DNA of 35,388 bases, taken from the NCBI GenBank assembly GCA_964533005.1, contig CAZHLB010000001.1, positions 1 through 35,388 on the forward strand. The letters are read 5' to 3'. Below are positions 8,663-16,850 of the stretch, piece after piece. Both the position numbers and the translations under genes were made by a program. The notes below the pieces were generated by a model. It was not told the DNA's origin and did not search any database. It worked only from the letters and a program-made list of their open reading frames with translations. Every line of letters starts with the position of its first letter. The stretch's first letter is position 1. The DNA is from an uncultured Saprospiraceae bacterium (GTDB lineage Bacteria; Bacteroidota; Bacteroidia; Chitinophagales; Saprospiraceae).

Positions 8663-8816
8663 ATTTATTCGACACTTTGCTGCCGCCGGTTTGCAACCGG
8701 CGCTTCTCAACGGTTGCTGAATAGCAGTAACTTTTTGGCTTGAAAAGGTGTCGCTTTGAATAAGATTCCTGCAAGCGCCGGTTGCAAAACCGGCGGCAGC
8801 AAAGTGTCGAATAAAT
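8663..8816. repeat. MITE-like element: 42/43-bp terminal inverted repeats around a 69-bp core
   Basis: The reverse complement of the left arm (8663-8704, atttattcgacactttgctgccgccggtttgcaaccggcgct) matches the right arm (8774-8816) except for one extra A. Each arm also contains its own small hairpin (gccggtt tgc aaccggc). The element lies between the 7739-8641 gene and P2. Confidence 0.8.
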
Positions 8817-8867
8817 CCACCGCTCTCTTGCTTTGAATTGGATTTTAAAACAGCAGAAATAATCAAC

Positions 8868-10769
8868 ATGAAGAAGCTCCTTCCCTTCCTCGCCTGCCTC
8901 CTGGCGGGCATCTCCCTTTTCTCCCAAACCACCTCCAACATCCAGCAGCCCCTCAGCGTGAACAGCACTGGCACCGCCGCCGACCCCAGCGCCCAGCTTG
9001 ACGTCAGCGCCAACAACAAGGGCATGCTCGTGCCCCGCATGACGACGATGCAGCGCACCGCCATCACCGCCGCCAACGCCCTGCTGGTGTTCGATTCGGA
9101 TACGAAATCTTTTTGGTTTTTCGACAGCGCAGCGGCTGCCTGGCGGGAAATCAGGGCAGGCAACATCGCCACTTTGCAGGATGCCGACGGCAACACCAAA
9201 GTGCAGGTAGAGAAAAACCCCAACGAGGACATCATCCGCTTCGACCTCGGCGGCACGGAGAACATGGTGCTGCGCAAAAACGCAGGCGGCTCGCCCCGGC
9301 TGGAGCTGACCAATGCGCAGTTCAACACCTTTGTCGGCGAGTTTGCGGGCAACGCCAACACCAGCGGCTTCTCCAACACCGCCAATGGAAGGGTTGCGCT
9401 TTATTTCAACACGACCGGCGGAGGCAACACCGCCAATGGATTGGCTGCGCTTATATTAAACACCAGCGGCAGCTTTAACAGTGCCAATGGGTTTGAGTCG
9501 CTTCGTTCCAACACAACGGGTGGCTTCAATACCGCCAGCGGAACGTATTCGCTTTATTCCAACACCACTGGCTCGAACAACACGGCACTGGGCCACTTTG
9601 CCGACGTCTTGTCAGGCAACCTCACCAACGCCACCGCCATCGGCTACAATGCCAAAGTGGGGGCGAGCAACAGCCTCGTGCTGGGTGGCACGGGCACTGA
9701 GGCGGTGAACGTCGGCATCGGCAAAACCAGCCCTGAAGTCCGGCTCCATGCCCATTCGGCAGACCCATCGGGCACGAACGGCATCGTCGGGTATTTCCAA
9801 AGGGCAGGAGCGGGCGACGTGGGCATCTCCTTTTCGCAGGAAGGCGTGATAGCTTACGGCATCATGCACCCCGTTGGCGGAGGCTTGGAATTTTACAGGG
9901 ACAGGTGGCCCGGCGGGGCAGGCACCTTGCAAATGAAAATCGCAGATTCGGGCAACGTCGGCATCGGCACTCCCACCCCTACCAGCAAATTGGACGTGGA
10001 AGGTGGCCTGTCCATCGGCGCAACATACTCCGGCACGTCAGCTGCACCGACCAATGGAGCCATCATCGAGGGCAATGTCGGCATCGGCACCCCCACCCCT
10101 TCTGCGACCCTCGACGTAAAGTCGGCAACACCTTCCATTGTAGTGGGGACTGCCGGTGGAGGTGACGGCGCCCTTTATTTTGGGAACACCGCCCATGGCG
10201 TAAAAAGAAACTATATCAATGGCAATGACGTGGCATTGTTTACGACAGCCGGGGACATTATATTAGAGTCAATAGGCACCGGCATTGCTTTTATGGTTTT
10301 GGGAAACAACGGCAACGTCGGCATCGGTCGCTTCTCTGCCACCAACAAGCTGGAAGTGGAAGGCGCCGCCTCCAAATCCTCCGCCGGCGACTGGCTCGCC
10401 AACTCCGACGCCCGCCTGAAAAAGAACATCCAACCCCTCAACTCGCAACTGATGCTGCAAAGCCTGCTCGCCCTGCGTGGCGTCACTTACGAGTGGAACG
10501 ACGACAAGACCGGCTCAAAACGTCCCGAAGGCATCCAGTACGGTTTTACGGCGCAGAATATCCGGGAGGTGTTCCCCACCCTGGTGGAGGAGGATAAATT
10601 GGGCTATTTGCAAACGGCTTATGGGACGTATGATGCGATGACGGTGGAGGCGATACGGGCGCTGAATGAGGAAAATCAGGCGTTGAAAGCGCAGGTGGAA
10701 ACCTTGACTTCTCAACTCGACAAAATCACCGCCGCCCTCGCCGGGGCTGGCATTGCGGTGGAAAAATAG
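8868..10769 (+). CDS. P2: secreted fibre-like protein, class B S74-type C-terminal module
   Basis: The ORF opens at a TTG at 8838, but the ATG at 8868 gives signal peptide MKKLLPFLACLLAGISLFSQ. The N-domain is the P8 type (..AITAANALLVFDSDTKSFWFFDSAAAAWREIRAGNIATL). Only about five 17-residue repeats are present (~9321-9591), followed by GNVGIGTPTP..KLDV-type segments. The C-terminal module reads DWLANSDARLKKNIQPLNSQ..LRGVTYEWND..GIQYGFTAQNIREVFPTLV, with tail QLDKITAALAGAGIAVEK. Confidence 0.85.
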   Translation: MKKLLPFLACLLAGISLFSQTTSNIQQPLSVNSTGTAADPSAQLDVSANNKGMLVPRMTTMQRTAITAANALLVFDSDTKSFWFFDSAAAAWREIRAGNIATLQDADGNTKVQVEKNPNEDIIRFDLGGTENMVLRKNAGGSPRLELTNAQFNTFVGEFAGNANTSGFSNTANGRVALYFNTTGGGNTANGLAALILNTSGSFNSANGFESLRSNTTGGFNTASGTYSLYSNTTGSNNTALGHFADVLSGNLTNATAIGYNAKVGASNSLVLGGTGTEAVNVGIGKTSPEVRLHAHSADPSGTNGIVGYFQRAGAGDVGISFSQEGVIAYGIMHPVGGGLEFYRDRWPGGAGTLQMKIADSGNVGIGTPTPTSKLDVEGGLSIGATYSGTSAAPTNGAIIEGNVGIGTPTPSATLDVKSATPSIVVGTAGGGDGALYFGNTAHGVKRNYINGNDVALFTTAGDIILESIGTGIAFMVLGNNGNVGIGRFSATNKLEVEGAASKSSAGDWLANSDARLKKNIQPLNSQLMLQSLLALRGVTYEWNDDKTGSKRPEGIQYGFTAQNIREVFPTLVEEDKLGYLQTAYGTYDAMTVEAIRALNEENQALKAQVETLTSQLDKITAALAGAGIAVEK

Positions 10770-10778
10770 ACCGGCAAC

Positions 10779-10809
10779 AGGTCGGCGACGTTGCGAACGC
10801 CGGCGACCT
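10779..10809 (+). terminator. Imperfect GC-rich hairpin between P2 and P3, homologous to the hairpin at 23862-23898
   Basis: aggtcggcgacgtt gcg aacgccggcgacct has several stem mismatches and no T-run. The sequence and its flanks are homologous to the P5-P6 junction. Confidence 0.4.
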
Positions 10810-10867
10810 TCAAACGTTCTCATTCGTAGCCGCTTTTGAGAAACCCTTTCACATAAATCGCAACCTG

Positions 10868-13690
10868 ATGAAAGCAATCCTTACCTCCGTTTGTTGCGTC
10901 CTCGCAACCTCCCTTTTCTCCCAATCCAACATCAATCAAAGCCTCAGCGTCAACAGCACCGGCGCAGCCGCCGACGCCAGCGCCCAGCTCGATGTGAGCG
11001 CCACCGACAAGGGCATACTCGTGCCCCGCATGACTTCGGCTCAGCGAACCGCAATCGCCTCGCCCGCTACCGGCTTGCTCGTGTTCGATACGGACACCGA
11101 AAGCTTTTTCTTTTTCAACGGGGAAGCATGGGTGGACATGTCCACGTCCAAAATGCTTGCAGACGCTGACGGCGACACAAAAATTCAGGTGGAAGAAAGC
11201 GCAGACGAAGACATCATCCGCATGGATTTGGCAGGTTCGGAGCGGCTGGTTTTGAAGCAAAACGCAGGCGGCGAAACACAGGTGGAATTGCCGAACAACA
11301 GCGACAACGTTTTCATCGGACTGGCGGCAGGGGCTGCAAATACAACCGGGATTCAAAATGCCTTTTTCGGCTCCGGCGCTGGTTTCTCCAACACCACCGG
11401 CGCCAATAACTCATTTTTTGGCTTCAACAGCGGCTGGTTGAACAGCAGTGGCAATCAAAATGCCTTCTTCGGCGCAAGGGCAGGCGAAGCCAACACCTCC
11501 GGTACGCAAAACACCTTCCTCGGAGCTGGCGCAGGCGGTTCGAGCAACACGGAAAGTGCGAACACCTTTGTCGGCTATCAAGCTGGGACGAACAACACCA
11601 CCGGCAGCCAGAATGTGTTCGTGGGCGCATCGGCAGGCGGCGGCAACACCACCGGCGACTTTAATACCTTCGTCGGGGAGCGGGCTGGCATTGTCAACTC
11701 ATCCGGTTTGAGGAATACCTTCGTGGGGCAAGGCAGCGGCGACTCCAACACCACCGGCAACGACAACTGCTTTTTTGGTCACAGCACCGGCGGCGCCAAC
11801 ACGATTGGCGCCCGAAACGCTTTCTTCGGAAGTTTTGCAGGCAGTGTCAACACCGCCAGCGACAATTCTTTTTTTGGTCACAACAGCGGCGCCGCCACCA
11901 CGACCGGCAATCAAAACTCCTTCTTCGGCAGCTTTTCAGGAGACGCCAACACGGACGGCGACGGCAACTCATTTTTTGGCTACAACAGCGGCACGGAAAA
12001 CACGATTGGGCTAAGAAATTCCTTCTTCGGCAGCCAGGCGGGCGACGCCAATTCCGATGGTGACGACAACTCTTTTTTTGGCTTCAACAGTGGCGGAGCG
12101 ACCACGACCGGCAACGACAATTCCTTTTTTGGCGCATTCGCAGGCGACATCAACGTTGATGGCAACGACAATGCTTTTTTTGGCGAAAACAGCGGTAGCG
12201 CCAACATCTCCGGCGACCAAAACGCCTTCTTCGGTGCAAACGCAGGCAGCGCCAACACCGCCAACAACAACTCCTTTTTTGGTTTCAGCAGCGGCGCAAG
12301 CAACACGGTTTCCGTCCAAAATTCCTTCTTCGGCGCTTTCGCCGGAACCGCCAACACCGCCAACAACAACTCCTTTTTTGGTTTCAATTGCGGACTCGCC
12401 AACACGACCGGCGTGCAAAATTCCTTCTTCGGCAGCCAGGCAGGAGACGCGAACACCAGCGCCCAGAACAACTCTTTTTTTGGCTACGACAGCGGCGGCG
12501 CAAACTCGACCGGCGCCAACAACACCTTCTTCGGCAGTCTCTCCGGCGCAGCCAACACCGTCGCCCACAACAACACTTTTTTTGGCTTCAGTAGCGGAAC
12601 CTCAAACATCATGGGCACTCAAAACGCCTTCTTCGGCAGTTTCTCCGGCGTTACCAACACCGTCAGCAACAACGCTTTTTTTGGCTACGGCACCGGTCTC
12701 GTAAACTCGACAGGCTCTCGAAACACTTTCGTCGGCAGCCTGTCGGGCGACGCCAATACCACTGCCAACGACAACTCCTTTTTGGGCTACGACTGCGGCG
12801 GCGCAAACACGACCGGCGCCCGAAACACTTTCGTTGGCAGCACGTCGGGCGACGTCAACTCCGATGCCGACGACAACTCCTTCTTCGGCTACGACAGCGG
12901 CGGCTCAAACACGACCGGCATCCGAAATACTTTCGTCGGCGCCAACGCCGGGGACAGCAACACCGACGGCAACAACAACGCCTTTTTTGGCTACGACAGC
13001 GGCGGCGCCAATTCCACCGGCGACAACAACGCTTTCATCGGCAATTACGCAGGCAATGCAAACACCACCGGCTCGAACAACACCATCCTGGGTGTTAGCG
13101 CGGATGTTTCTTCCGGCGCATTGACCAACGCCACTGCCATCGGCAATGGCGCTCCCGTCAACGCCAGCAACAAAATCCGGGTCGGCAACGCTTCGGTCAC
13201 GGTCATCGAAGGACAGGTGGACTGGACTTTTCCCTCCGACGCCCGCTTTAAGTTCAACATCCGGAACGACGTGCCGGGGCTTGCTTTTATCAACAAACTC
13301 AAGCCCGTCACCTACCAATTTGATACTCGCAAGTTCGAGGAGCACCTGATGCAAAATATGCCTGACAGCGTTCAACAGCGCCGCATGGCGGGGCAGGATT
13401 ATTCCGAAAGCAGCGCACGGGCGCAAACTGGTTTTTTGGCGCAGGAGGTGGAGCAGGTGTGCAAAGACCTGGGCTTTGAGTTCGGCGGGCTGCACGTGCC
13501 GGCGAGCGAGGTGGATAATTATGGTTTGGCGTATGGAAGTTTTGTGCCGCTGCTAGTGAAGGGGATGCAGGAGCAGCAGGCGGAAATTGAGCAATTGAAA
13601 ATGGAGAATGAACGGCTGAAAAAGGTGGAAGCGCAATTGGAAAAAATCACCGCCGCCCTGCAAGGGGCAGGCATAGCCGTCGAAAAATAG
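10868..13690 (+). CDS. P3: secreted fibre-like protein with the N(S/A)FFG-type repeat variant and an S74-type C-terminal module
   Basis: 940-aa ORF. The signal peptide MKAILTSVCCVLATSLFSQ is nearly the same as in P6, and the N-domain is nearly identical to P1. About nt 11306-13082 encode ~17-residue repeats of the form NSFFGxxSGxANTxGxx. The C-terminal module reads GQVDWTFPSDARFKFNIRNDVPGLAFINKLKPVTYQFD..GFLAQEVEQV..YGLAYGSFVPLLVKGMQEQQ, with tail QLEKITAALQGAGIAVEK. Confidence 0.85.
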   Translation: MKAILTSVCCVLATSLFSQSNINQSLSVNSTGAAADASAQLDVSATDKGILVPRMTSAQRTAIASPATGLLVFDTDTESFFFFNGEAWVDMSTSKMLADADGDTKIQVEESADEDIIRMDLAGSERLVLKQNAGGETQVELPNNSDNVFIGLAAGAANTTGIQNAFFGSGAGFSNTTGANNSFFGFNSGWLNSSGNQNAFFGARAGEANTSGTQNTFLGAGAGGSSNTESANTFVGYQAGTNNTTGSQNVFVGASAGGGNTTGDFNTFVGERAGIVNSSGLRNTFVGQGSGDSNTTGNDNCFFGHSTGGANTIGARNAFFGSFAGSVNTASDNSFFGHNSGAATTTGNQNSFFGSFSGDANTDGDGNSFFGYNSGTENTIGLRNSFFGSQAGDANSDGDDNSFFGFNSGGATTTGNDNSFFGAFAGDINVDGNDNAFFGENSGSANISGDQNAFFGANAGSANTANNNSFFGFSSGASNTVSVQNSFFGAFAGTANTANNNSFFGFNCGLANTTGVQNSFFGSQAGDANTSAQNNSFFGYDSGGANSTGANNTFFGSLSGAANTVAHNNTFFGFSSGTSNIMGTQNAFFGSFSGVTNTVSNNAFFGYGTGLVNSTGSRNTFVGSLSGDANTTANDNSFLGYDCGGANTTGARNTFVGSTSGDVNSDADDNSFFGYDSGGSNTTGIRNTFVGANAGDSNTDGNNNAFFGYDSGGANSTGDNNAFIGNYAGNANTTGSNNTILGVSADVSSGALTNATAIGNGAPVNASNKIRVGNASVTVIEGQVDWTFPSDARFKFNIRNDVPGLAFINKLKPVTYQFDTRKFEEHLMQNMPDSVQQRRMAGQDYSESSARAQTGFLAQEVEQVCKDLGFEFGGLHVPASEVDNYGLAYGSFVPLLVKGMQEQQAEIEQLKMENERLKKVEAQLEKITAALQGAGIAVEK

Positions 13691-13748
13691 GCAAGAACAC
13701 AAGGTCGGCGAAGTTCGCTACCTCGCCGGCATACCGATTTTGCCGCCT

Positions 13749-15266
13749 TCAAAAATCCTTCTTCTCGTCGTAAGTAACCAGGTAAACGCTGACCTCCACG
13801 CCCTTCACGGTGAGACGGTCTTCCTTCACTTCTTCCGGATATTTGAGGTGATTGGGCGTGAAGACGAGATAGACGGCTTTCTTCAAACCCAGGCTGCGGG
13901 CGTAATAGGCGATTTGGCTTTTACCCCGGGTGAATTCCGTCAGCCCGGAGTATTTTTTGGTTTCGAAGAGCAATTCTTTTCCACGGGTATTCACGACCAG
14001 GTCGCTTTTGCCCAAGGCAGAATTGGCTTCCCGGTAGGTAAGACCCCCGGCTTGTTGCAGAAACGCCGCCAGGAAGGTCTCGAAGCTGTAAATCAAACCC
14101 GCCTCTTTTATCGTGGTGAATTTGCCGTCTTTGTCTTTTTCCCGGAACACGCCGAAGCCCCGGCGGGCGGCGTAGGCTTTGTACTCGCCGATGAGCTTGT
14201 CTAAGTTCAGTTCTCCTTTTGCGTCGAAAAAAAGAGCGGCATGTATCCCGGCGCTGATTTCCGCCTGTTCGCCATTGGTGTAGGGGTAAAAGGCTTTGAG
14301 CAAGCGTTTTTTGTAAAAAGGCACCCAAAACTCGACCATGTTCTTTTCATCCGGGCGGATGATGCCGTTGGTGTGCAGCGCCTTGATTGCCTCCCGGTCA
14401 ATGTCGAAAGGAATGGAGGTTTCGGTGAACAGCAGGGTTTCCAAAAACGCCCGGTGCTCCCGTGCTTTGTTGAGGATGTTGGCGAAGTTTTTATCAATTG
14501 CCTCGTACAAGTACCAGTGCTCGACCTTCAGGTAGTTTTTGTAAGTAATTTTAGGCTTGCCGGGGTGTCTGTTCGTCAATTGCCAGGCGAAACCGTTGAC
14601 CAAGCCGGGCTGCCCGGCGGTGATTTCGTAGAGTTTTTTGACCACTTTCCGCTCGAAAAGCTGCCCTGTTTCCGTCTCGTGCTGGTGCAGGAGCTCGGTG
14701 GTTTCTTCCTCCGTAAAATAAGGCACGTGCAGGTTGTCGGCGATATTGAAAGGGCTGGCGTTGTCCTGCACAACTCCCACGATGTTGGTCACGCCGACGA
14801 GGATGACGCTTTTCAGGCAATGTTCTTCCCGGTTATGGTAGAGATTGCGAATGGTGTGGAGGAATTGACCGAACAGATCAGGATTGAGTCCTGCTATTTC
14901 GTCAACTATCAGCACCAAATTTTTCCCCGAACAATTTTTCATTTCGTTGAAAAAGTCGGCAAAGTTGGTACCCGCCAAAGTCAAGCCCCATTGTTTTTGG
15001 GCACCATCCCGAATATAAGTCATCAAAGAGGCAAGACTTGCTTCCTTGAAATTTTCGAGGTTGATGTGCATCACCTTGTATTCTATTTTTTCCAACTCAT
15101 CTTTCAGCAAGCGGAAATACGTGCTTTTCCCCGTCTGCCGGGGCGCCCAAATGGTGAAGTAGCGGCTTCGCCTCACCAAATCCATGCCCGTCGCCACGAG
15201 GGCGGGGCGCATCAGCGTGTAATGCTCGGCGGGTATGTTCGGTCCGGAAGAATTGAAATATCTCAT
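13749..15266 (-). CDS. AAA-ATPase-like ATP-binding protein, probably with a C-terminal PD-(D/E)XK-type domain
   Basis: 505-aa ORF. The N-terminus MRYFNSSGPNIPAEHYTLMR is characteristic of the predicted AAA-ATPase family. Walker A is APRQTGKST and Walker B-like is LVLIVDEI. The C-terminal region (..GKSDLVV..LLFETKKY..) is compatible with a nuclease-like fold. Assignment is by motif recall only. Confidence 0.7.
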   Translation of the reverse strand: MRYFNSSGPNIPAEHYTLMRPALVATGMDLVRRSRYFTIWAPRQTGKSTYFRLLKDELEKIEYKVMHINLENFKEASLASLMTYIRDGAQKQWGLTLAGTNFADFFNEMKNCSGKNLVLIVDEIAGLNPDLFGQFLHTIRNLYHNREEHCLKSVILVGVTNIVGVVQDNASPFNIADNLHVPYFTEEETTELLHQHETETGQLFERKVVKKLYEITAGQPGLVNGFAWQLTNRHPGKPKITYKNYLKVEHWYLYEAIDKNFANILNKAREHRAFLETLLFTETSIPFDIDREAIKALHTNGIIRPDEKNMVEFWVPFYKKRLLKAFYPYTNGEQAEISAGIHAALFFDAKGELNLDKLIGEYKAYAARRGFGVFREKDKDGKFTTIKEAGLIYSFETFLAAFLQQAGGLTYREANSALGKSDLVVNTRGKELLFETKKYSGLTEFTRGKSQIAYYARSLGLKKAVYLVFTPNHLKYPEEVKEDRLTVKGVEVSVYLVTYDEKKDF

Positions 15267-15359
15267 CGTATCGAATTCTTTTTCAAAGGTTTAAATGACG
15301 TCAAAGCTATGGTTTTTCACAAAGGGCGCAGCATATCGCCTGTTTCGGAGCCGAACCTC

Positions 15360-15656
15360 TCACCCGCCTTCCACTATCCGCACTTCTTCTTCCGTCAAGC
15401 CATATAATTCATACACCAGCGCATCTATCTCCCGCTCCTGGGCGCTCGTGTCGGCTTGCGGGGTGGATTGTTTTTGGGCGAGGATTTGGGTGACGAGGGA
15501 GGTGAATGGTATATGTTGTTCTTCGTTGAGCTGTTTTATTGGGAGCTTTTCAACCTTACTATTTATCCATTCATTTGTGCCCATTCCAGTGCTTGTTGCA
15601 ATCTGTTTAAAATACCATTCGCTCACTTTTGAATTAAGAATTGCAAGCAAATGCTT
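15360..15656 (-). pseudogene. C-terminal fragment of a type IIG/Eco57I-like DNA methyltransferase (TaqI_C-like specificity domain)
   Basis: The last ~98 codons of ORF 15360-16262 read KHLLAILNSKVSEWYFKQIATSTG..VEKLPIKQLNEEQ..LVTQILAQK..EREIDALVYELYGLTEEEVRIVEGG. This is the typical C-terminus of that family. The upstream part of the ORF is Arg-rich read-through in alternative frames of other remnants. Confidence 0.6.
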
Positions 15657-15761
15657 CGGGCAGAGAATGCTACGCTTAAAACCCAACTCGAAAATCAGGC
15701 AATCCGACTGGACAAAATCACCGCTGCCTTGCAAGGCGCAGGCATCGTGGTGGAGAAATAA
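15654..15761 (+). pseudogene. Orphan 3' remnant of a fibre paralog (coiled-coil tail only)
   Basis: The + frame reads LRAENATLKTQLENQAIRLDKITAALQGAGIVVEK followed by a stop at 15759-15761. This matches the conserved paralog tail, with GAGIVVEK as in P6. An in-frame TGA lies at 15630-15632, and there is no upstream fibre sequence. Confidence 0.75.
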
Positions 15762-15771
15762 GCAGCGGTTC

Positions 15772-15804
15772 AGACTTTCCAGGTTTTCAAAACCTGGAAA
15801 GTCT
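15772..15804. terminator. Perfect hairpin after the fibre remnant and the convergent Type ISP fragment
   Basis: agactttccaggtt ttcaa aacctggaaagtct forms a 14-16 bp perfect stem. It lies between the + stop at 15761 and the - stop at 15806. Confidence 0.6.
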
Positions 15805-15805
15805 A

Positions 15806-16454
15806 TTAGCCTGCCTTCCTCTTCATCCGATCCTCCCCCTCCACCGTCCCCAAGCTCACCGCACAAACCCGCCCCAGCAATTTTATCACCTCCTCCTTGT
15901 AATCCGCAAAACGGTACGTGTTGAATTTCTCCGCAATGGTCGGGTCGCCCGGCTTTTTCTCTTTGTATTGGTCGAGCACCCATTCCAGGGCGGAGCGGTT
16001 GCCGAGCTTGTATTCCCAGGCTTCGGGCGGGATGCCGCTCAGGGTGGTCGCTTCGTCTATTTCTATTTTGCCTTCTTCCTTGTTGGCTTTGAGCTTGACT
16101 TTGAGACGGGCGGCTTTGGCTTTGACCTCGGAAGCGCCGAACAAGTCCGTCTCTTTTATTTCCGGCGCAGGGATTTTGAGGTCGGTTCTTTTGAGCGGAA
16201 ACGGCTCGGCGCTTTCGTAGCCGATGTGCAAATCCATGAGCTGCTTGCCCCAGGCTGCCCATTGCCAGAAGTCCTTGTAAAATGGCAGCCTCGGAAACTC
16301 CCGCTTCAGGTTCAGTTCGTATTTGCTGCGATAGGCGGGGTCGTGCAGCACGGCGTAGGTGTAGTTGAAAATGTCTTCCTTTTCGATTGGGCGGGGGCGA
16401 TAATCGGGTCGCAGTTCGGGTTTTCGGCGTAGCAGAGCTGAAAGTTGATTTATT
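15806..16454 (-). pseudogene. C-terminal fragment of a Type ISP-like restriction/modification enzyme
   Basis: The fragment reads ..EDIFNYTYAVLHDPAYRSKYELNLKREFPRLPFYKDFWQWAAWGKQLMDLHIGYE..LSGIPPEAWEYKLGNRSALEWVLDQYK.. This fits the conserved C-terminal (Type_ISP_C-like) region as I recall it. The frame stays open upstream of the listed start, into the vsr stop region, with no plausible start codon. The expected methylase and helicase portions are absent. Confidence 0.65.
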
Positions 16455-16850
16455 TCAGTAATTGTTCCAGCTTATCCACATAAATCCTTTCTGGATTTCA
16501 CATTCCCATAGTCGAACAACCTTCCAGCCTTTGCTCAACAAAAGGGCATTAATTTCTTCATCTCGTTTCATATTTCTTAGCCGCTTTTTTAGCCAATATT
16601 CTTCATTTTGCTTGGGACGAGTATTGCGACAATCATGTCCATGCCAAAAACAACCGTCAGCAAAAATTGCAATTTTAAGCTTGGGAAAAACGAAGTCAGG
16701 CTTGCCGGGCAATGAGTAATTTCTACGCCAGCCTTTAATTCCATGCGAACGAAAGAATTTGATGAGTTTTAATTCAGTAGATTTATTCTTGTTCGATTTG
16801 ACCCGGCGCATGATTTGACTGCGTTGTTCCGGGGAAAAAACATCAGCCAT
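16455..16850 (-). CDS. vsr: Very short patch repair endonuclease
   Basis: 131-aa ORF reading SPEQRSQIMRRVKSNKNKSTELKL..LPGKPDFVFPKLKIAIFADGCFWHGHDC. This is the typical Vsr signature, and the gene lies downstream of a C5-methyltransferase gene. Confidence 0.9.
   Translation of the reverse strand: MADVFSPEQRSQIMRRVKSNKNKSTELKLIKFFRSHGIKGWRRNYSLPGKPDFVFPKLKIAIFADGCFWHGHDCRNTRPKQNEEYWLKKRLRNMKRDEEINALLLSKGWKVVRLWECEIQKGFMWISWNNY

Noticed and set aside
8838-8867. Upstream extensions of the fibre ORFs given in the ORF track: 8838 for P2, 19509 for P4 and 23861 for P6.
   Set aside because: The P2 and P4 extensions start at TTG. The P6 extension runs through the intergenic hairpin. The internal ATGs give signal peptides that align with the other paralogs.
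14241-15407. 388-aa plus-strand ORF antisense to the AAA-ATPase-like gene, along with 13740-14204.
   Set aside because: The minus-strand frame has the characteristic N-terminus and Walker motifs. The plus-strand product is featureless.
15295-16262. ORF 15295-15924 (+) and the N-terminal two-thirds of ORF 15360-16262 (-).
   Set aside because: They are read-through across junctions of three unrelated gene remnants. Their sequences are Arg/Pro/Ser-rich and lie in alternative frames of the recognisable fragments. Only the last ~98 codons of the minus ORF look genuine.
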